DNA of 64,000 nucleotides from Candidatus Bathyarchaeia archaeon (GTDB lineage: Archaea; Thermoproteota; Bathyarchaeia; Bathyarchaeales; Bathycorpusculaceae): NCBI GenBank assembly GCA_049512075.1, contig JBEKXL010000004.1, forward strand, positions 1 to 64,000. The letters are read 5' to 3'. The notes under the pieces are model-generated. The model was not told the origin of the DNA and did not search any database. It was given only the letters and a program-made list of their open reading frames with translations. Position numbers and translations under genes: made by a program. This document shows positions 1 through 10,303 of this stretch, one piece after another; position 1 is the first letter of the stretch, and the number at the start of each line of letters is the position of its first letter.

Positions 1-854
1 AAGTTACTGCGCTACTCAAAAAAGAAGACGGAAGAGTCGGGAATCTCCATATCAAAGGTAGACTCGTAGAGATTGAGCCGACAGGCGAGGCTTTGGTCGT
101 CGGCGACTTGCACGGAGATCTTGAGAGCCTGATCGAAATCCTGCAGCAGAGCAACATTCTGAATAGAATGGAGAAGTCTTCCGAATCAATCCTTATCTTT
201 TTAGGAGACTACGGTGACCGGGGAGTATATCCTGCGGAAACCTATTACACGGTTTTACAGTTGAAGCTGCTCCATCCAGAGCAGGTTGTCCTGATGCGTG
301 GAAACCATGAGGGCCCCGAAGATCTCATGCCGTCCCCGCACGACCTGCCAGAGCAGTTTCAGGCAAGATTTGGGAAGAAATGGACAGAGGCATACGCCAA
401 TACTCGTGGACTGTTTCAGCACCTCTACAATGCGCTACTCGTTGACGAACGGTACTTGATGTTGCACGGCGGATTACCGAAAGAACTGAGCACGGTCGAG
501 GACATGGCCTACGCGCACGTCCTGCACCCTAAACGTTCTCTGTTGGAGGAGATTCTATGGAGCGACCCGGACGAAGCCGTTGAAGAAACGATTACATCGC
601 CCAGAGGCGCAGGAAATCTATTCGGCAGAAACGTAACGAAAAGGACGCTGGCGAAGTTGAACGTGAAGATTCTCATAAGAGGACACGAACCGTGCGAGGA
701 TGGCTTCAAGATTAGCCACAACGGCAGAGTTTTGACCCTGTTTTCGCGGAAGGGGCCACCATACTTCAATGCTTACGGAGCTTACCTGGACGTGAAGCTC
801 GACAAAGAGTTTGAAGATGCTGGTGAGCTGATCCCGTACATTCACAAATTCTAG
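1..854 (+). CDS. PPP-family Ser/Thr protein phosphatase / metallophosphoesterase (5' end outside window)
   Basis: GDLHG, GDYGDRG, RGNHE, HGG, WSDP and RGHE motifs; frame open back to the window start. Confidence 0.9.
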   Translation, partial: VTALLKKEDGRVGNLHIKGRLVEIEPTGEALVVGDLHGDLESLIEILQQSNILNRMEKSSESILIFLGDYGDRGVYPAETYYTVLQLKLLHPEQVVLMRGNHEGPEDLMPSPHDLPEQFQARFGKKWTEAYANTRGLFQHLYNALLVDERYLMLHGGLPKELSTVEDMAYAHVLHPKRSLLEEILWSDPDEAVEETITSPRGAGNLFGRNVTKRTLAKLNVKILIRGHEPCEDGFKISHNGRVLTLFSRKGPPYFNAYGAYLDVKLDKEFEDAGELIPYIHKF

Positions 855-933
855 GGGCACACTCGTTCACGGAAACTTTAAGAAGACAGCCAAGTAGCAT
901 CTTTCAAAGACTCAGCCTACGGAAGGATCGCTT

Positions 934-1812
934 TTGAAAATTGGAATCGCGACAAGGAACCCAAACTCCTACAGTTCAGCCCAACTCCAACAAGCCCTAG
1001 GCAAGCGCGGCACTCCGTACGTGTGTTTCAGCTTTCCACAAATCTTGGCTCGCGTGGGGTACAAGCCCCCCGTAGCATCTGGAAACCTCAAACTCAGCGA
1101 AGAGCTGGACTGCTTGATAATCCGTCCGATTGGAAAGGGGTCGCTAGAGGAGTTGGTGTTCCGGATGGACGTTCTGTACAGGCTTCGACGTTTAGGGTTG
1201 TACGTGATAAACCCGCCAGAGGCCATTGAACACTGTGTTGACAAGTACGACATTCTTGCCATCATTGAGGAAAACGGTCTGCCCGTTCCACGGACAGCGG
1301 TGACTGAAAACACTGATGAAGCGCTAAAGGCTTTCGATGAGCTCGGCGGGGATGTCGTCGTCAAGCCTGTATTCGGTTCTAGGGGCGTTGGAGCGACGAG
1401 AATCAATGATCGTGAAGTCGCTTCCACGGTTTTTACGGCCATAAGGTTTTCTCATGGGGTCATTTATCTTCAAGAATTCGTGCATCATGGCTTTTCCGAC
1501 ATACGAGCCTTCGTCGTCGGCAACCGAGTCGTGGCCGCCATGAGACGTGTTGCACAAGATTGGAAAACCAACTACAGCCAAGGAGCCCGCCCAATAGCAA
1601 TAAGCCTTGACAAACAGCTTGAAGAAATGGCGGTCAAGTCGGCTGACCTTGTAGAGTGCAAGATAGCAGGCGTAGACATACTCGAAAGCCCAAAAGGACC
1701 AGTCGTTGTCGAAGTAAACAGTCAACCAGGATGGAGGGGCTTGCAATCAGTCACGCGTGTCAAGATTGCTGATGAGATTCTGGATTTCGTGTTCTCTGAA
1801 CTGAAGGAGTGA
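934..1812 (+). CDS. RimK-family ATP-grasp alpha-L-glutamate ligase (possibly MptN/CofF type)
   Basis: DK, VVKP.FGS.G.G, QEF, DIR, NYSQGA, GVD and EVN..PG motifs. Confidence 0.88.
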   Translation: MKIGIATRNPNSYSSAQLQQALGKRGTPYVCFSFPQILARVGYKPPVASGNLKLSEELDCLIIRPIGKGSLEELVFRMDVLYRLRRLGLYVINPPEAIEHCVDKYDILAIIEENGLPVPRTAVTENTDEALKAFDELGGDVVVKPVFGSRGVGATRINDREVASTVFTAIRFSHGVIYLQEFVHHGFSDIRAFVVGNRVVAAMRRVAQDWKTNYSQGARPIAISLDKQLEEMAVKSADLVECKIAGVDILESPKGPVVVEVNSQPGWRGLQSVTRVKIADEILDFVFSELKE

Positions 1813-1818
1813 CCTCCC

Positions 1819-2607
1819 GTGTCCAAGGTTAACATCATCAGAATTGACGTCTCAACCAGAAAGGCCGAGAAGACGACAGACTACGTGGCTGAAGAAAAGC
1901 CCCTGCACATATTCCTGAATCGAACTCGACTTGTCACAGTTTTCTGTTCACCATCAAACTTAAAGGAGCTGGCGGTTGGGCACGTTATTTCAGAAGGAAT
2001 AGTCAAGTCGATAGAGGAGATTGAACGAATGGACCTGAAAGAAGAGGAAGGAGTCTGTAGAATTAATCTGAAACCTGACGTCAAGATTGACGAGAGGCTG
2101 AAACTGTCGCAGCATTTCTCTCGCGTAATCTTCTCAGCTTGTGGAAGCAAGACACCGTATCAGCCAACCCTAGGACTTGTCAAGGTCCAGTCAGACTTGA
2201 AGGTCAAGGCTGAAATAGTCTTGAACTGTGTCAATCGCCTTAACTTTATTGCGGAGACTTTCAGAAAGACGGGCGGCGTGCACGTTGCCGCAATTTACAA
2301 GAGTGACGGAACGCTTGTAACGTTCGCTGAAGATGTTGGGCGTCATAACGCTGTTGATAAGACAATCGGTTCCTGCATCTTGGAAGGGATTAATTTTGAC
2401 AATTGCTTTCTCGCCTTGAGCGGGCGACTGACGGGAGATATTGTCTTTAAAGCAGCAAGAGCGGGTTTGCCAATGGTGGCTTCTATGGCCGCTGCAATAG
2501 ATTCTGGAATAAGCATAGCCAAAGATGCGGGTATAACGTTGGTGGGGTTTGCACGCGGAAAACGCGTGAACATTTATACGTTCCCTGAAAGAATTCTCTC
2601 AGCCTAG
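1819..2607 (+). CDS. fdhD: Formate dehydrogenase accessory sulfurtransferase
   Basis: EEKPL, SACG, TGGVHVAA, EDVGRHNAVDK and SGR motifs. Confidence 0.92.
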   Translation: MSKVNIIRIDVSTRKAEKTTDYVAEEKPLHIFLNRTRLVTVFCSPSNLKELAVGHVISEGIVKSIEEIERMDLKEEEGVCRINLKPDVKIDERLKLSQHFSRVIFSACGSKTPYQPTLGLVKVQSDLKVKAEIVLNCVNRLNFIAETFRKTGGVHVAAIYKSDGTLVTFAEDVGRHNAVDKTIGSCILEGINFDNCFLALSGRLTGDIVFKAARAGLPMVASMAAAIDSGISIAKDAGITLVGFARGKRVNIYTFPERILSA

Positions 2608-3179
2608 CCAATTCTTATGACTTTGTCCATGAAAGCTGCTAGTTCATCTGTCAATCGTTTTTCCCTTGAGCTTATTCCCGTTCCAAAGTCCTTGGCTAGT
2701 TTAGAACCGTAGTATGCTGTGCCCAAAAACGTTTTGGCCAGTCTTGCACATTTTAGTATTTTTTGTAGTTTCCCGAGATGAAGATATAATGTAAGGTCAT
2801 TTATGATGAGCATTTCGGTAACATTGAGTATGAACTTGTTAAGTAATGGTTCCATCAGTTTTCGATTAAGTCTCGCCAACTGCAATACTTGTTCCTGTGA
2901 AATCCCAGTGAACCTAGGTGTGTAAACCTCTTTCGGTGTGAGATATTTGACTCCGCTGGCTACAGTCACATAATCGGTCAATTTTCCGCCCAGCTGATTG
3001 ATTCTCTTTGGCCCAAAATCAATGATAGTTATTCTGTCAGGTCTCTCAAAGGCCATCAGTCGTTCAACGAGCTCGGCTGCCACCTTGGTTTTTCCAGATC
3101 CCGACTCGCCTAATATCAATGTTTTTTTGCCCAGAATGTCTAGAGGTTTCAACTTCGGTTCCTGACTACTTTTGACCAA
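2604..3179 (-). CDS. Small P-loop NTPase of unknown function (DUF87/HerA-like N-terminus)
   Basis: Walker A GESGSGKT; overlaps the 3' end of thiW, last gene of the thiamine operon. Confidence 0.65.
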   Translation of the reverse strand: MVKSSQEPKLKPLDILGKKTLILGESGSGKTKVAAELVERLMAFERPDRITIIDFGPKRINQLGGKLTDYVTVASGVKYLTPKEVYTPRFTGISQEQVLQLARLNRKLMEPLLNKFILNVTEMLIINDLTLYLHLGKLQKILKCARLAKTFLGTAYYGSKLAKDFGTGISSREKRLTDELAAFMDKVIRIG

Positions 3180-3738
3180 ATAGCGTTTCCCTGCTTATTC
3201 CTACTCTTTTCAGAATCAGAAGTACAATAAATGCAAGGATGCATCCTGGAACGCAGCTTAAAGCCCATCCCGCTCCGAAAATCAAGAAAGCAGTGAACGT
3301 GCCATGTTTCGATACTAGCCCTATGAGGCTCTGTGTTCCTAACCAAGGAGCGAACACAAAAAGTGCAATGGGCACGCCTATTAATAACGTGCCTATCGGC
3401 TCGGTTAAGGCTGCTGTCAACCGTGTTTTTTCGCTTACTTTGAAACGTTCAAGAATCCAGTAAGTTGAGCCGACGACAAGTCCGCCAGGTATTCCCCCCG
3501 GAAATGCGAATAGTGTTCCTATTCCCAGCATATTCCTTGTTGTCCCGATAATGATTGCTGCTATCACTGCCCAAAACGGGCCCAGGAGCACTCCCAGAAT
3601 GGCGTTAATCATATGCTGTGTCGGATTGGCGATTGTGCCGAAAACCAAAAACCCTGCGAAGGGTGATATGGCTATTCCCAGACCTGCGAAAATGATGGCC
3701 ACGGTCAGTTTCTTGACGTGTACTGTTCTCATTTCCAT
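3166..3738 (-). CDS. thiW: ECF transporter S component ThiW
   Basis: P.QH.IN..GV.LGP, FPGGIPG and EPIGT motifs; hydrophobic; thiamine operon context. Confidence 0.9.
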   Translation of the reverse strand: MEMRTVHVKKLTVAIIFAGLGIAISPFAGFLVFGTIANPTQHMINAILGVLLGPFWAVIAAIIIGTTRNMLGIGTLFAFPGGIPGGLVVGSTYWILERFKVSEKTRLTAALTEPIGTLLIGVPIALFVFAPWLGTQSLIGLVSKHGTFTAFLIFGAGWALSCVPGCILAFIVLLILKRVGISRETLFGQK

Positions 3739-5093
3739 CTTGTGTCGTCTCTTGAAGCAATTCGTACAGCAAGTTCTGCTAGGTCCGAAGCCCGGTCACC
3801 AAAGACAACTATCATTGGTTCTTTGCCTATGTCTCCTGCATGGTAAATGACGTCAGGAGCCTTTCCGACTCTCTTTATGGCTTCTTTCACTCCCCATGGG
3901 ACAGTCATCCCTTCAACCTTTTTGATCTCTGCCGGCTCCTGTTTTCGATCGTAGAAAGAGAGCGTCATGCCCTTCTTTTTTAAGATTTCAAGTGTCTTTT
4001 CATCAAATTTCAGGTTGATTGCAGCCTTCTTTCTCTCGTCATGCTTCGTGATTTCCAGTATGTATTTGGCCAGGTGAGAGGAGCACCCAAATCTCGGGTT
4101 CCCCACCGCCATCGGACCACCCGATGCTTTCACGATTCTGCCCTCTATGGCCGCAACGTCGTCGATGCTCTCAGCCCGGGGAATTGCCAAGGCTATGTTC
4201 ATACCAACTTCAGGGATAAGCCTGCCTACTTCTGGAGTTTTTAGAATCAAATCTCTTGCCCGCTCAAGATTCATCAACACTTCATATCTTGACGATTCAC
4301 GGTAAAGATGTGCCATCGGATTCACAGGTCCGTAGCCCCTGCCAATTTCCAGTCCGAACTTTATGGCAAGCGTTACAATTCTTTTCGCATTCTCAACTGC
4401 TTTCACCACGTCCATTTTCTTTGCGATCTCAGCGGCTATCGCTGCCGAAAAACAACAACCTGTTCCATGCGTGGTCTTAACGTCAAGGCGGGGATAGGTG
4501 AACTTCTTCGTCTTTCCCCTGTAATATAGAAGGTCAACCGCGTCTCTTTCATCAAGATGCCCCCCCTTGATTACAACAGCCTCGGGGCCCATCTTAGCGA
4601 TTCTATTAGCGGCGATCTCTGCATCTTTCAAGCTTTTGATCGACATCTCTGAGAGTTTTTCGGCCTCAAACCTGTTGGGTGTTATCACGAGGGCGTTTGG
4701 CAACAGGTCGTTTTTCAAGGCGTCTACGGCTTCAGCCTTTAAGAGTTGCGCTCCAGACTTTGCAATCATGACTGGGTCAACAACTAAAGGAAACTCGTGT
4801 TTTGAAACCTCCGAGGAAACAACTTTGATTATCTCCTCGGTGTGGAGCATTCCTGTTTTCCCAGCGTCTATACCCAAGTCTTCAGCGACCGCTTTGATCT
4901 GCATTCTGACCATTTCAGGTGTCAGATCTTCAACAGCAGCAACCGAAAAAGTGTTTTGCGCCGTGACGGATGTAATTGCCGTCGTGCCATGAACACCCAG
5001 GGTTGCGAAGGTCTTAAGGTCAGCTTGTATTCCAGCTCCTCCGCCAGAATCGCTTCCCGCTATCGTTATGGCGACAGGAATCTTGACTTTCAC
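3729..5093 (-). CDS. thiDN: Bifunctional HMP/HMP-P kinase - thiamine-phosphate synthase ThiDN
   Basis: [23 protein letters not shown] and THGTGC, plus C-terminal ThiN domain (IPEVGMN, SSHLA, GKEPMI). Confidence 0.95.
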   Translation of the reverse strand: MKVKIPVAITIAGSDSGGGAGIQADLKTFATLGVHGTTAITSVTAQNTFSVAAVEDLTPEMVRMQIKAVAEDLGIDAGKTGMLHTEEIIKVVSSEVSKHEFPLVVDPVMIAKSGAQLLKAEAVDALKNDLLPNALVITPNRFEAEKLSEMSIKSLKDAEIAANRIAKMGPEAVVIKGGHLDERDAVDLLYYRGKTKKFTYPRLDVKTTHGTGCCFSAAIAAEIAKKMDVVKAVENAKRIVTLAIKFGLEIGRGYGPVNPMAHLYRESSRYEVLMNLERARDLILKTPEVGRLIPEVGMNIALAIPRAESIDDVAAIEGRIVKASGGPMAVGNPRFGCSSHLAKYILEITKHDERKKAAINLKFDEKTLEILKKKGMTLSFYDRKQEPAEIKKVEGMTVPWGVKEAIKRVGKAPDVIYHAGDIGKEPMIVVFGDRASDLAELAVRIASRDDTRWK

Positions 5094-5112
5094 CTTTTCT
5101 AGTTGAGTCGTG

Positions 5113-6405
5113 TCAGGTCACCCTCTCAAGAGCATAAAGAATGGCCGCCGAGACTATGAATGACAGTATGCTTGAACCCAGCGTCGTAAAAAGATATAAT
5201 ATGAAATAGACAACCACTCCTACCAGCCAAGAGACTATCGATTTTATCCTGAAGCTGTTTTCCGACGAATAGAAGTCTTTCGGTTCATATTGTCTTTTCC
5301 TGATAATGTAGAAGTCCATTGCGAGCACGCCTAGTAGAGGCACGAAGATAGCTCCTATGTATATTAGGAAGCTTTCGTAGGCTCCTTGCCAGTTTTGAGG
5401 CATCAACGCCGCCAAGAAAACACTGACTAGCGTTATTAACGTGAAAAGTTTCCACTGCTTGGTTTTGGGCGATATGTTCTGTATCGACACCGCGCTGGAA
5501 TATATATCTGCGAAACAGTTGTCTGTTTCGTCAACCACCAATAGGACAAGGGCTAGGCCTCCGAAAGTGATGGAGACTATAGAGGAGATTATCTGTTCTC
5601 CTGAGTAGGCTAAGACAAGGAAGGCGCCCAAAACGTAGAACCATGAATTGGCGAAAGCGTAGCCTGTGAAGGTTCCCCAAAAAGCTCCTCTTTCATCTTT
5701 TGAGAACCTGTTATAGTCTGATATCAGGGGCCACCATGATATCGGCATTGCTATGACTAGGTCAAGGGCTAATGTTATTGGTAGCGACCCCCCTCCGCGA
5801 AGTGTAAAAAGCTGAGGAAATCTTGTGAGCACGGTATAGGTTAAGAAAGCTGCTGTTCCAAAAGTGATCCATATTGCAAACTTCTCCAGCCACTGTCTTA
5901 CAACCACTAGCGGGCCCCCTATGCAGAGAAGATAGCAGAAAACAGCAAAGACGGCGATCCAAAAATAAATGGTATATGAACCCACAAACGGGCCCGTGAC
6001 AATCAAGGCAGAGTTGGCCATTATCAATATCTCGAATGCGGTCCATCCAACCAGTTGAACAGCATTAAGCAATGCCGGTACGTAAGATCCCTTCAATCCG
6101 AGGGTTGCTCTTAGACTCACCATTGTAGGTATGCCATATTTGCTTCCCAGACCGCCTGCCAATGCTAACATGAGAGAACCTATTATCGAACCTAACACAG
6201 CAATAAGTACTACTTCCACCAATGAAAGGCCCTGAGTGAGAAATCCGCCGGCTTGAAGCACGAGTAAACCAACCGAGAGACTTGACCAAAGAATAAAGTA
6301 ATCGAATGACCTTAGAACTCTCTTATCTTTTGGTACTGGTTCTGTCCCCCATTCGGGAGGCAGCCTAACAGTCAGCTTCCCTTGATGGTCCTCTGCTTCC
6401 CCCAT
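5113..6405 (-). CDS. cytX: NCS1/cytosine-permease family transporter, CytX-like (HMP uptake)
   Basis: Multi-TM, DYNRF motif; ATG at 6405 immediately after the TPP aptamer. Confidence 0.85.
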   Translation of the reverse strand: MGEAEDHQGKLTVRLPPEWGTEPVPKDKRVLRSFDYFILWSSLSVGLLVLQAGGFLTQGLSLVEVVLIAVLGSIIGSLMLALAGGLGSKYGIPTMVSLRATLGLKGSYVPALLNAVQLVGWTAFEILIMANSALIVTGPFVGSYTIYFWIAVFAVFCYLLCIGGPLVVVRQWLEKFAIWITFGTAAFLTYTVLTRFPQLFTLRGGGSLPITLALDLVIAMPISWWPLISDYNRFSKDERGAFWGTFTGYAFANSWFYVLGAFLVLAYSGEQIISSIVSITFGGLALVLLVVDETDNCFADIYSSAVSIQNISPKTKQWKLFTLITLVSVFLAALMPQNWQGAYESFLIYIGAIFVPLLGVLAMDFYIIRKRQYEPKDFYSSENSFRIKSIVSWLVGVVVYFILYLFTTLGSSILSFIVSAAILYALERVT

Positions 6406-6500
6406 TTTCCCTCCGCCAGCATTATCTGGGTCAGGTTCCAAGGGTCGACGATGTTCAACCGTCCTCTCAGCCGGGTCACCTTCCCAGCTCCCCTAAACCT
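6404..6500 (-). promoter_or_regulatory. TPP riboswitch
   Basis: Minus strand reads AGGGGAGCTGGG..CCCGGCTGAGAGG..GACCCTTGGAACCTGACCCAGATAATGCTGGCGGAGGGAA, matching the TPP aptamer consensus; upstream of thiamine genes; TTTTATA box at about 6525-6531. Confidence 0.93.
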
Positions 6501-6659
6501 TTGGAGGACAGTTGTACTTATCGGTATAAAAGCGTTCTGTGTGAAACTCTATATTTCAATGGGTTCTCTTTTGCATTTAGCAGCTCTCTCCTCATCATAT
6601 CTTTCAACGCTGGGCTTAAACTTTTAACTTGTTCTTCGTCGCAAGACGTAGGCGCGCGC

Positions 6660-6850
6660 TTGCCAGACCTATCCATTCTGTCTTTATACCCATGGCAACA
6701 CTACCTACAATCCCTGACTACTGCAATGAAAATTACATCTGACATTACAAATAAAAGGGCTGAGTCCACTCTGAACAGTAGTCCAGCCTGATTTTCTCCA
6801 TGGTTTGTTACCACACACATTACATCGGACATTACAAGTGAAGGGGGGGG
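6660..6850 (+). repeat. Dispersed intergenic repeat, copy A
   Basis: Aligns by eye with 33707-33850 (+) and 42135-42325 (-); ATTACATC(T/G)GACATTACAA at 6732 and 6819. Confidence 0.9.
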
Positions 6851-7080
6851 GGACCGCGCGCGCTATTCAAAGCATAGCCAAGCTTAACGCAGATTGCTCA
6901 TTCACCGCGCGAGCCTTGCTAATACTGGGTTCACATCTACTAGCTTCAATTTCCTCCAAGACTTGAACAAAAAAGAAAAAAAGAGGGTGTTATAGAGTCG
7001 CGTCCAGAAGGCTTTTTATTCGGTATATTTACTTTTCCTAGACATAATCCAAAACTTACGTCAGGATGCGACGAGTAAAG

Positions 7081-9543
7081 ATGAAGAAACTGCCAAAGGC
7101 ATTCGACGTTCTGGAGACTGAGAAGAAGTGGGAGAGCCAGTGGGAAAAAATGGGAGTGTACCGTTTTGATCGCAACGACTCGAAACGCACAGTTTTTTCC
7201 ATCGACACCCCTCCTCCATACCCTTCTGGCGAGTTTCATGTGGGATGCGTCCTCAACTGGGCGTACTTTGACATAGTTGCCCGATACAAGCGTATGAGAG
7301 GCTACAACGTTCTTTTCCCACAGGGCTGGGACTGCCACGGCCTGCCCATTGAGGTGGAGGTCGAAAAGGAGCACAAGATCAAAAAAACCGACGTCCCGCC
7401 TGACGAGTTCCGAAGACTCTGCGAACAGCTCGTCAACAAATACATAGGCGCGATGAAAGAAGCCATCATCCGGCTTGGATACTCAATCGACTGGACGACA
7501 GAGTACAAAACTATGGACCCCGACTATTGGAGACGCACTCAACTATCCTTCATCCTGCTTTACAAGAAGGGGTTCATCTACCGCGGAACTCACCCAGTGA
7601 ACTGGTGTCCAAGATGTGAGACCGCCATAGCCGATGCTGAAGTCGAGTATGGAACGAGAAACGCAAGGCTCTATCACGTGAAATTCAAACTCGATATTGG
7701 CGGCTTCCTGGAAATCGCCACAACAAGGCCTGAACTGATTCCGGCGTGCGTGGCATTGGCTGTCAACCCAGAAGACACGCGCTACGCAAGGTACGTTGGC
7801 TCGAAGGTTCATGTGCCAAGGACCGACAGAAAAGTCGAAGTAGTAGCTGATGAAATGGCAGATCCAAAGTTTGGAACTGGAGTAGTGATGATATGCACTT
7901 ACGGGGATAAGGCAGACGTGAAGACTGTGGTCAAGCACCGTCTCCCAGTGATAATGTGCATTGACGAGAGGGGGAGAATGACGAAGAACGCTGGAAAGTA
8001 CGCCGGTTTGAGCACTGAAGAAGCGAAGGAAGCCGCGGTTAAAGACCTGAGAACTGAAGGCCTGCTGGATCGAATCGAGCAAACGACTCAAGAAGTGAGC
8101 CTCTGCTGGCGATGCCACACCCCAATTGAGATCCTCGAAAGAGAACAGTGGTTCATGAAAACACGCATGTTAACCGAACAGGTGGAAAAGACGGCTCTGG
8201 AAATCACATGGTACCCGGACTACATGAAACACCGCCTAATAGACTGGGCAAAATCACTGGAATGGGACTGGGTGATTTCAAGGCAGAGGGTGTTTGCCAC
8301 GCCAATACCGCTATGGTACTGCAGGAAATGCGGTGAAATACTTCTCGCCGAGCAGGATTGGGTGCCGATAGACCCGCGCACGGAGAAGCCGAGGATTGGC
8401 AAGTGCTCCAAATGCGGCTCAACAGAGTTCAAGCCTGAGAAGGACGTTCTGGACACTTGGTTCGACTCGTCAATCACGTGTGCAGTACACGCGGGTTGGC
8501 CTGACAAGAAAGACTGGAAAAAACGGTTTCCAGCCGACGTACACCCTTCAGGCGTTGACATTATCCGAACATGGGCTTACTACCTAATGGTCAGACACCT
8601 AGCTCTGTTTAACGAAAAACCTTACAAGAGCTGCTTAATCAACGGGATGGTTCTCGGTTCTGATGGACGTGAAATGCACAAGTCTCTGGGCAACTACGTG
8701 GCCTCGCAGGATGTCCTCGCAAAATACGGAGCCGACGCGACAAGACAATGGGCTGCGGGCGGCGGCGCAACTGGCTCCGACGTACCGTTCCGTTGGCCAG
8801 ATGTCGAGTACGGCTGGCGTTTTCTGATTAAACTGTGGAACGCTTCAGGCTTCGTAAGCAACCTGCTCACAGACTACACCGCAGACGACAAAACAAAACA
8901 CGTTCTCCAACCCCTGGACAGGTGGATTTTGAGCAAGTGTGAAAGATTAACAGCGAAAGTTACTGATGCCCTCGAAAAGTGTCAGTTCAACATGGCCTTG
9001 GAGGAACTACGCAATTTTACTTGGCACACCTTCTGCGACTGCTACTTGGAAGCTGTGAAAGACAGGTTGTATAATCCAGAGGTCTACGGACAAGAAAAGA
9101 GGAAAGCGGCTCAGTTCACCCTTTATGTAGTTCTAGAGAGGGTTCTGAAACTACTTGCACCCATAATACCACATGTGACGGAAGAGATATTCCAAACCAT
9201 GTACGCCGACGAGAAGAGTCCCCAGAGCATACACGTTTCACCTTGGCCGACGACTGATGAGAAACTCATGGATGAGGAGGCTGAGAAGCACGGAGACCTG
9301 GTGATGGCAATCATAACCGAGGTCCGCAGAGAAAAAGCAGAAAAACACTTGCCGCTCAACGCGAAGATTGCAAAATTGACAATCTGTGCCGGCGAAAAAA
9401 CCACTGCAGAAATGATAACACAGGGCCAGGAGGACATAGCTGGAACGTGTAAAGCCGTAGACATTCAAGTATTGTCCGAGAAAGGCAAGGGGCGAGAAGT
9501 CAAACCATACGACGTTTGCTTCATCGCCGAATATTCGCAATGA
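7081..9543 (+). CDS. valS: Valine--tRNA ligase
   Basis: DTPPPYPSG, GWDCHGLP, WCPRCETAIA, ATTRPE, DWVISRQR, DTW.DS; variant HIGH (HVGC) and KMSKS (EMHKS). Confidence 0.96.
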   Translation: MKKLPKAFDVLETEKKWESQWEKMGVYRFDRNDSKRTVFSIDTPPPYPSGEFHVGCVLNWAYFDIVARYKRMRGYNVLFPQGWDCHGLPIEVEVEKEHKIKKTDVPPDEFRRLCEQLVNKYIGAMKEAIIRLGYSIDWTTEYKTMDPDYWRRTQLSFILLYKKGFIYRGTHPVNWCPRCETAIADAEVEYGTRNARLYHVKFKLDIGGFLEIATTRPELIPACVALAVNPEDTRYARYVGSKVHVPRTDRKVEVVADEMADPKFGTGVVMICTYGDKADVKTVVKHRLPVIMCIDERGRMTKNAGKYAGLSTEEAKEAAVKDLRTEGLLDRIEQTTQEVSLCWRCHTPIEILEREQWFMKTRMLTEQVEKTALEITWYPDYMKHRLIDWAKSLEWDWVISRQRVFATPIPLWYCRKCGEILLAEQDWVPIDPRTEKPRIGKCSKCGSTEFKPEKDVLDTWFDSSITCAVHAGWPDKKDWKKRFPADVHPSGVDIIRTWAYYLMVRHLALFNEKPYKSCLINGMVLGSDGREMHKSLGNYVASQDVLAKYGADATRQWAAGGGATGSDVPFRWPDVEYGWRFLIKLWNASGFVSNLLTDYTADDKTKHVLQPLDRWILSKCERLTAKVTDALEKCQFNMALEELRNFTWHTFCDCYLEAVKDRLYNPEVYGQEKRKAAQFTLYVVLERVLKLLAPIIPHVTEEIFQTMYADEKSPQSIHVSPWPTTDEKLMDEEAEKHGDLVMAIITEVRREKAEKHLPLNAKIAKLTICAGEKTTAEMITQGQEDIAGTCKAVDIQVLSEKGKGREVKPYDVCFIAEYSQ

Positions 9544-9562
9544 CTTCTGGAAGCGGTGGAAC

Positions 9563-10303
9563 TTGAGAAAAGTTGGCATAATAGGCTGCGGCGCAATCGG
9601 CTCACTGATCGCTGAGGCAGTTGAAAAAGGAATTGTCGATTGCGACGAATTGATTCTATACGACCGCGACATGGAAAAGGCGGAACACCTCCAAGAATCA
9701 TTGGGTACTGCCAGCATAGTTGTCACGAACCTCGACGAAATGCTCAGATTGCATCCTACAGTCATCGTGGAAGCGGCGTCACAAGAAGCCGCCCGCGAAT
9801 ACATCAGCGCAATCGTTGGCAACAACATCGAACTAATAGTCATGAGCGTTGGCGCCCTTCTAGATTCCCAATTGAAGAACAGCAGGATTCACACACCCTC
9901 AGGGGCCCTCGGGGGTCTAGATGCCATTTCAAGCGCTGCACTAGCAGGGATCAAAGAGGCTATTTTGACCACGAGAAAAAATCCCATGACTCTGGACATG
10001 GACAACCAACAGGAAAAGCTGGTGTACGAGGGAAGCGCCCTAGAGGCGGTTAGACGTTTTCCAAAAGAGATGAACGTAGCGGCCACTTTGGCACTGATAA
10101 CTCCGCCTGACAGATTATTGGTCAGAGTGATTTCAGACCCTAAGACGAGCAGAAACACACATGAGATAACGGTCAAGTGGGCACATGGCGACATGTTTTT
10201 GAGATTTGCAAACGATCCGCATCCAGATAATCCTAAGACGAGCGCGCTCGCGGCATGGTCTGCGATTAAACTGCTGAAGGACATTCTTGAAAAGCATGTC
10301 TAG
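9563..10303 (+). CDS. nadX: L-aspartate dehydrogenase
   Basis: GCGAIG, VEAAS, MSVGAL, PSGALGGLD, NVAA, NPKTS.LAA. Confidence 0.9.
   Translation: MRKVGIIGCGAIGSLIAEAVEKGIVDCDELILYDRDMEKAEHLQESLGTASIVVTNLDEMLRLHPTVIVEAASQEAAREYISAIVGNNIELIVMSVGALLDSQLKNSRIHTPSGALGGLDAISSAALAGIKEAILTTRKNPMTLDMDNQQEKLVYEGSALEAVRRFPKEMNVAATLALITPPDRLLVRVISDPKTSRNTHEITVKWAHGDMFLRFANDPHPDNPKTSALAAWSAIKLLKDILEKHV

Noticed and set aside
6501-6791. ORFs 6501-6791 and 42155-42448 sharing ITSDITNKRAESTL
   Set aside because: The similarity comes from the DNA repeat; starts and stops differ between copies
6946-7374. Antisense or alternate-frame ORFs over valS, gatE, elp3, the integrase and others
   Set aside because: Shadows of well-supported genes, with no recognisable motifs
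7225-8690. ValRS as inactive because of HVGC/EMHKS signatures
   Set aside because: The gene is full length with all other motifs intact, and HIGH/KMSKS variants are common
10241-10250. 6-nt GCGCGC inside nadX and aconitase X (about 28877)
   Set aside because: Short, in-frame Ser/Ala/Leu codons at a frequency compatible with chance; not at junctions
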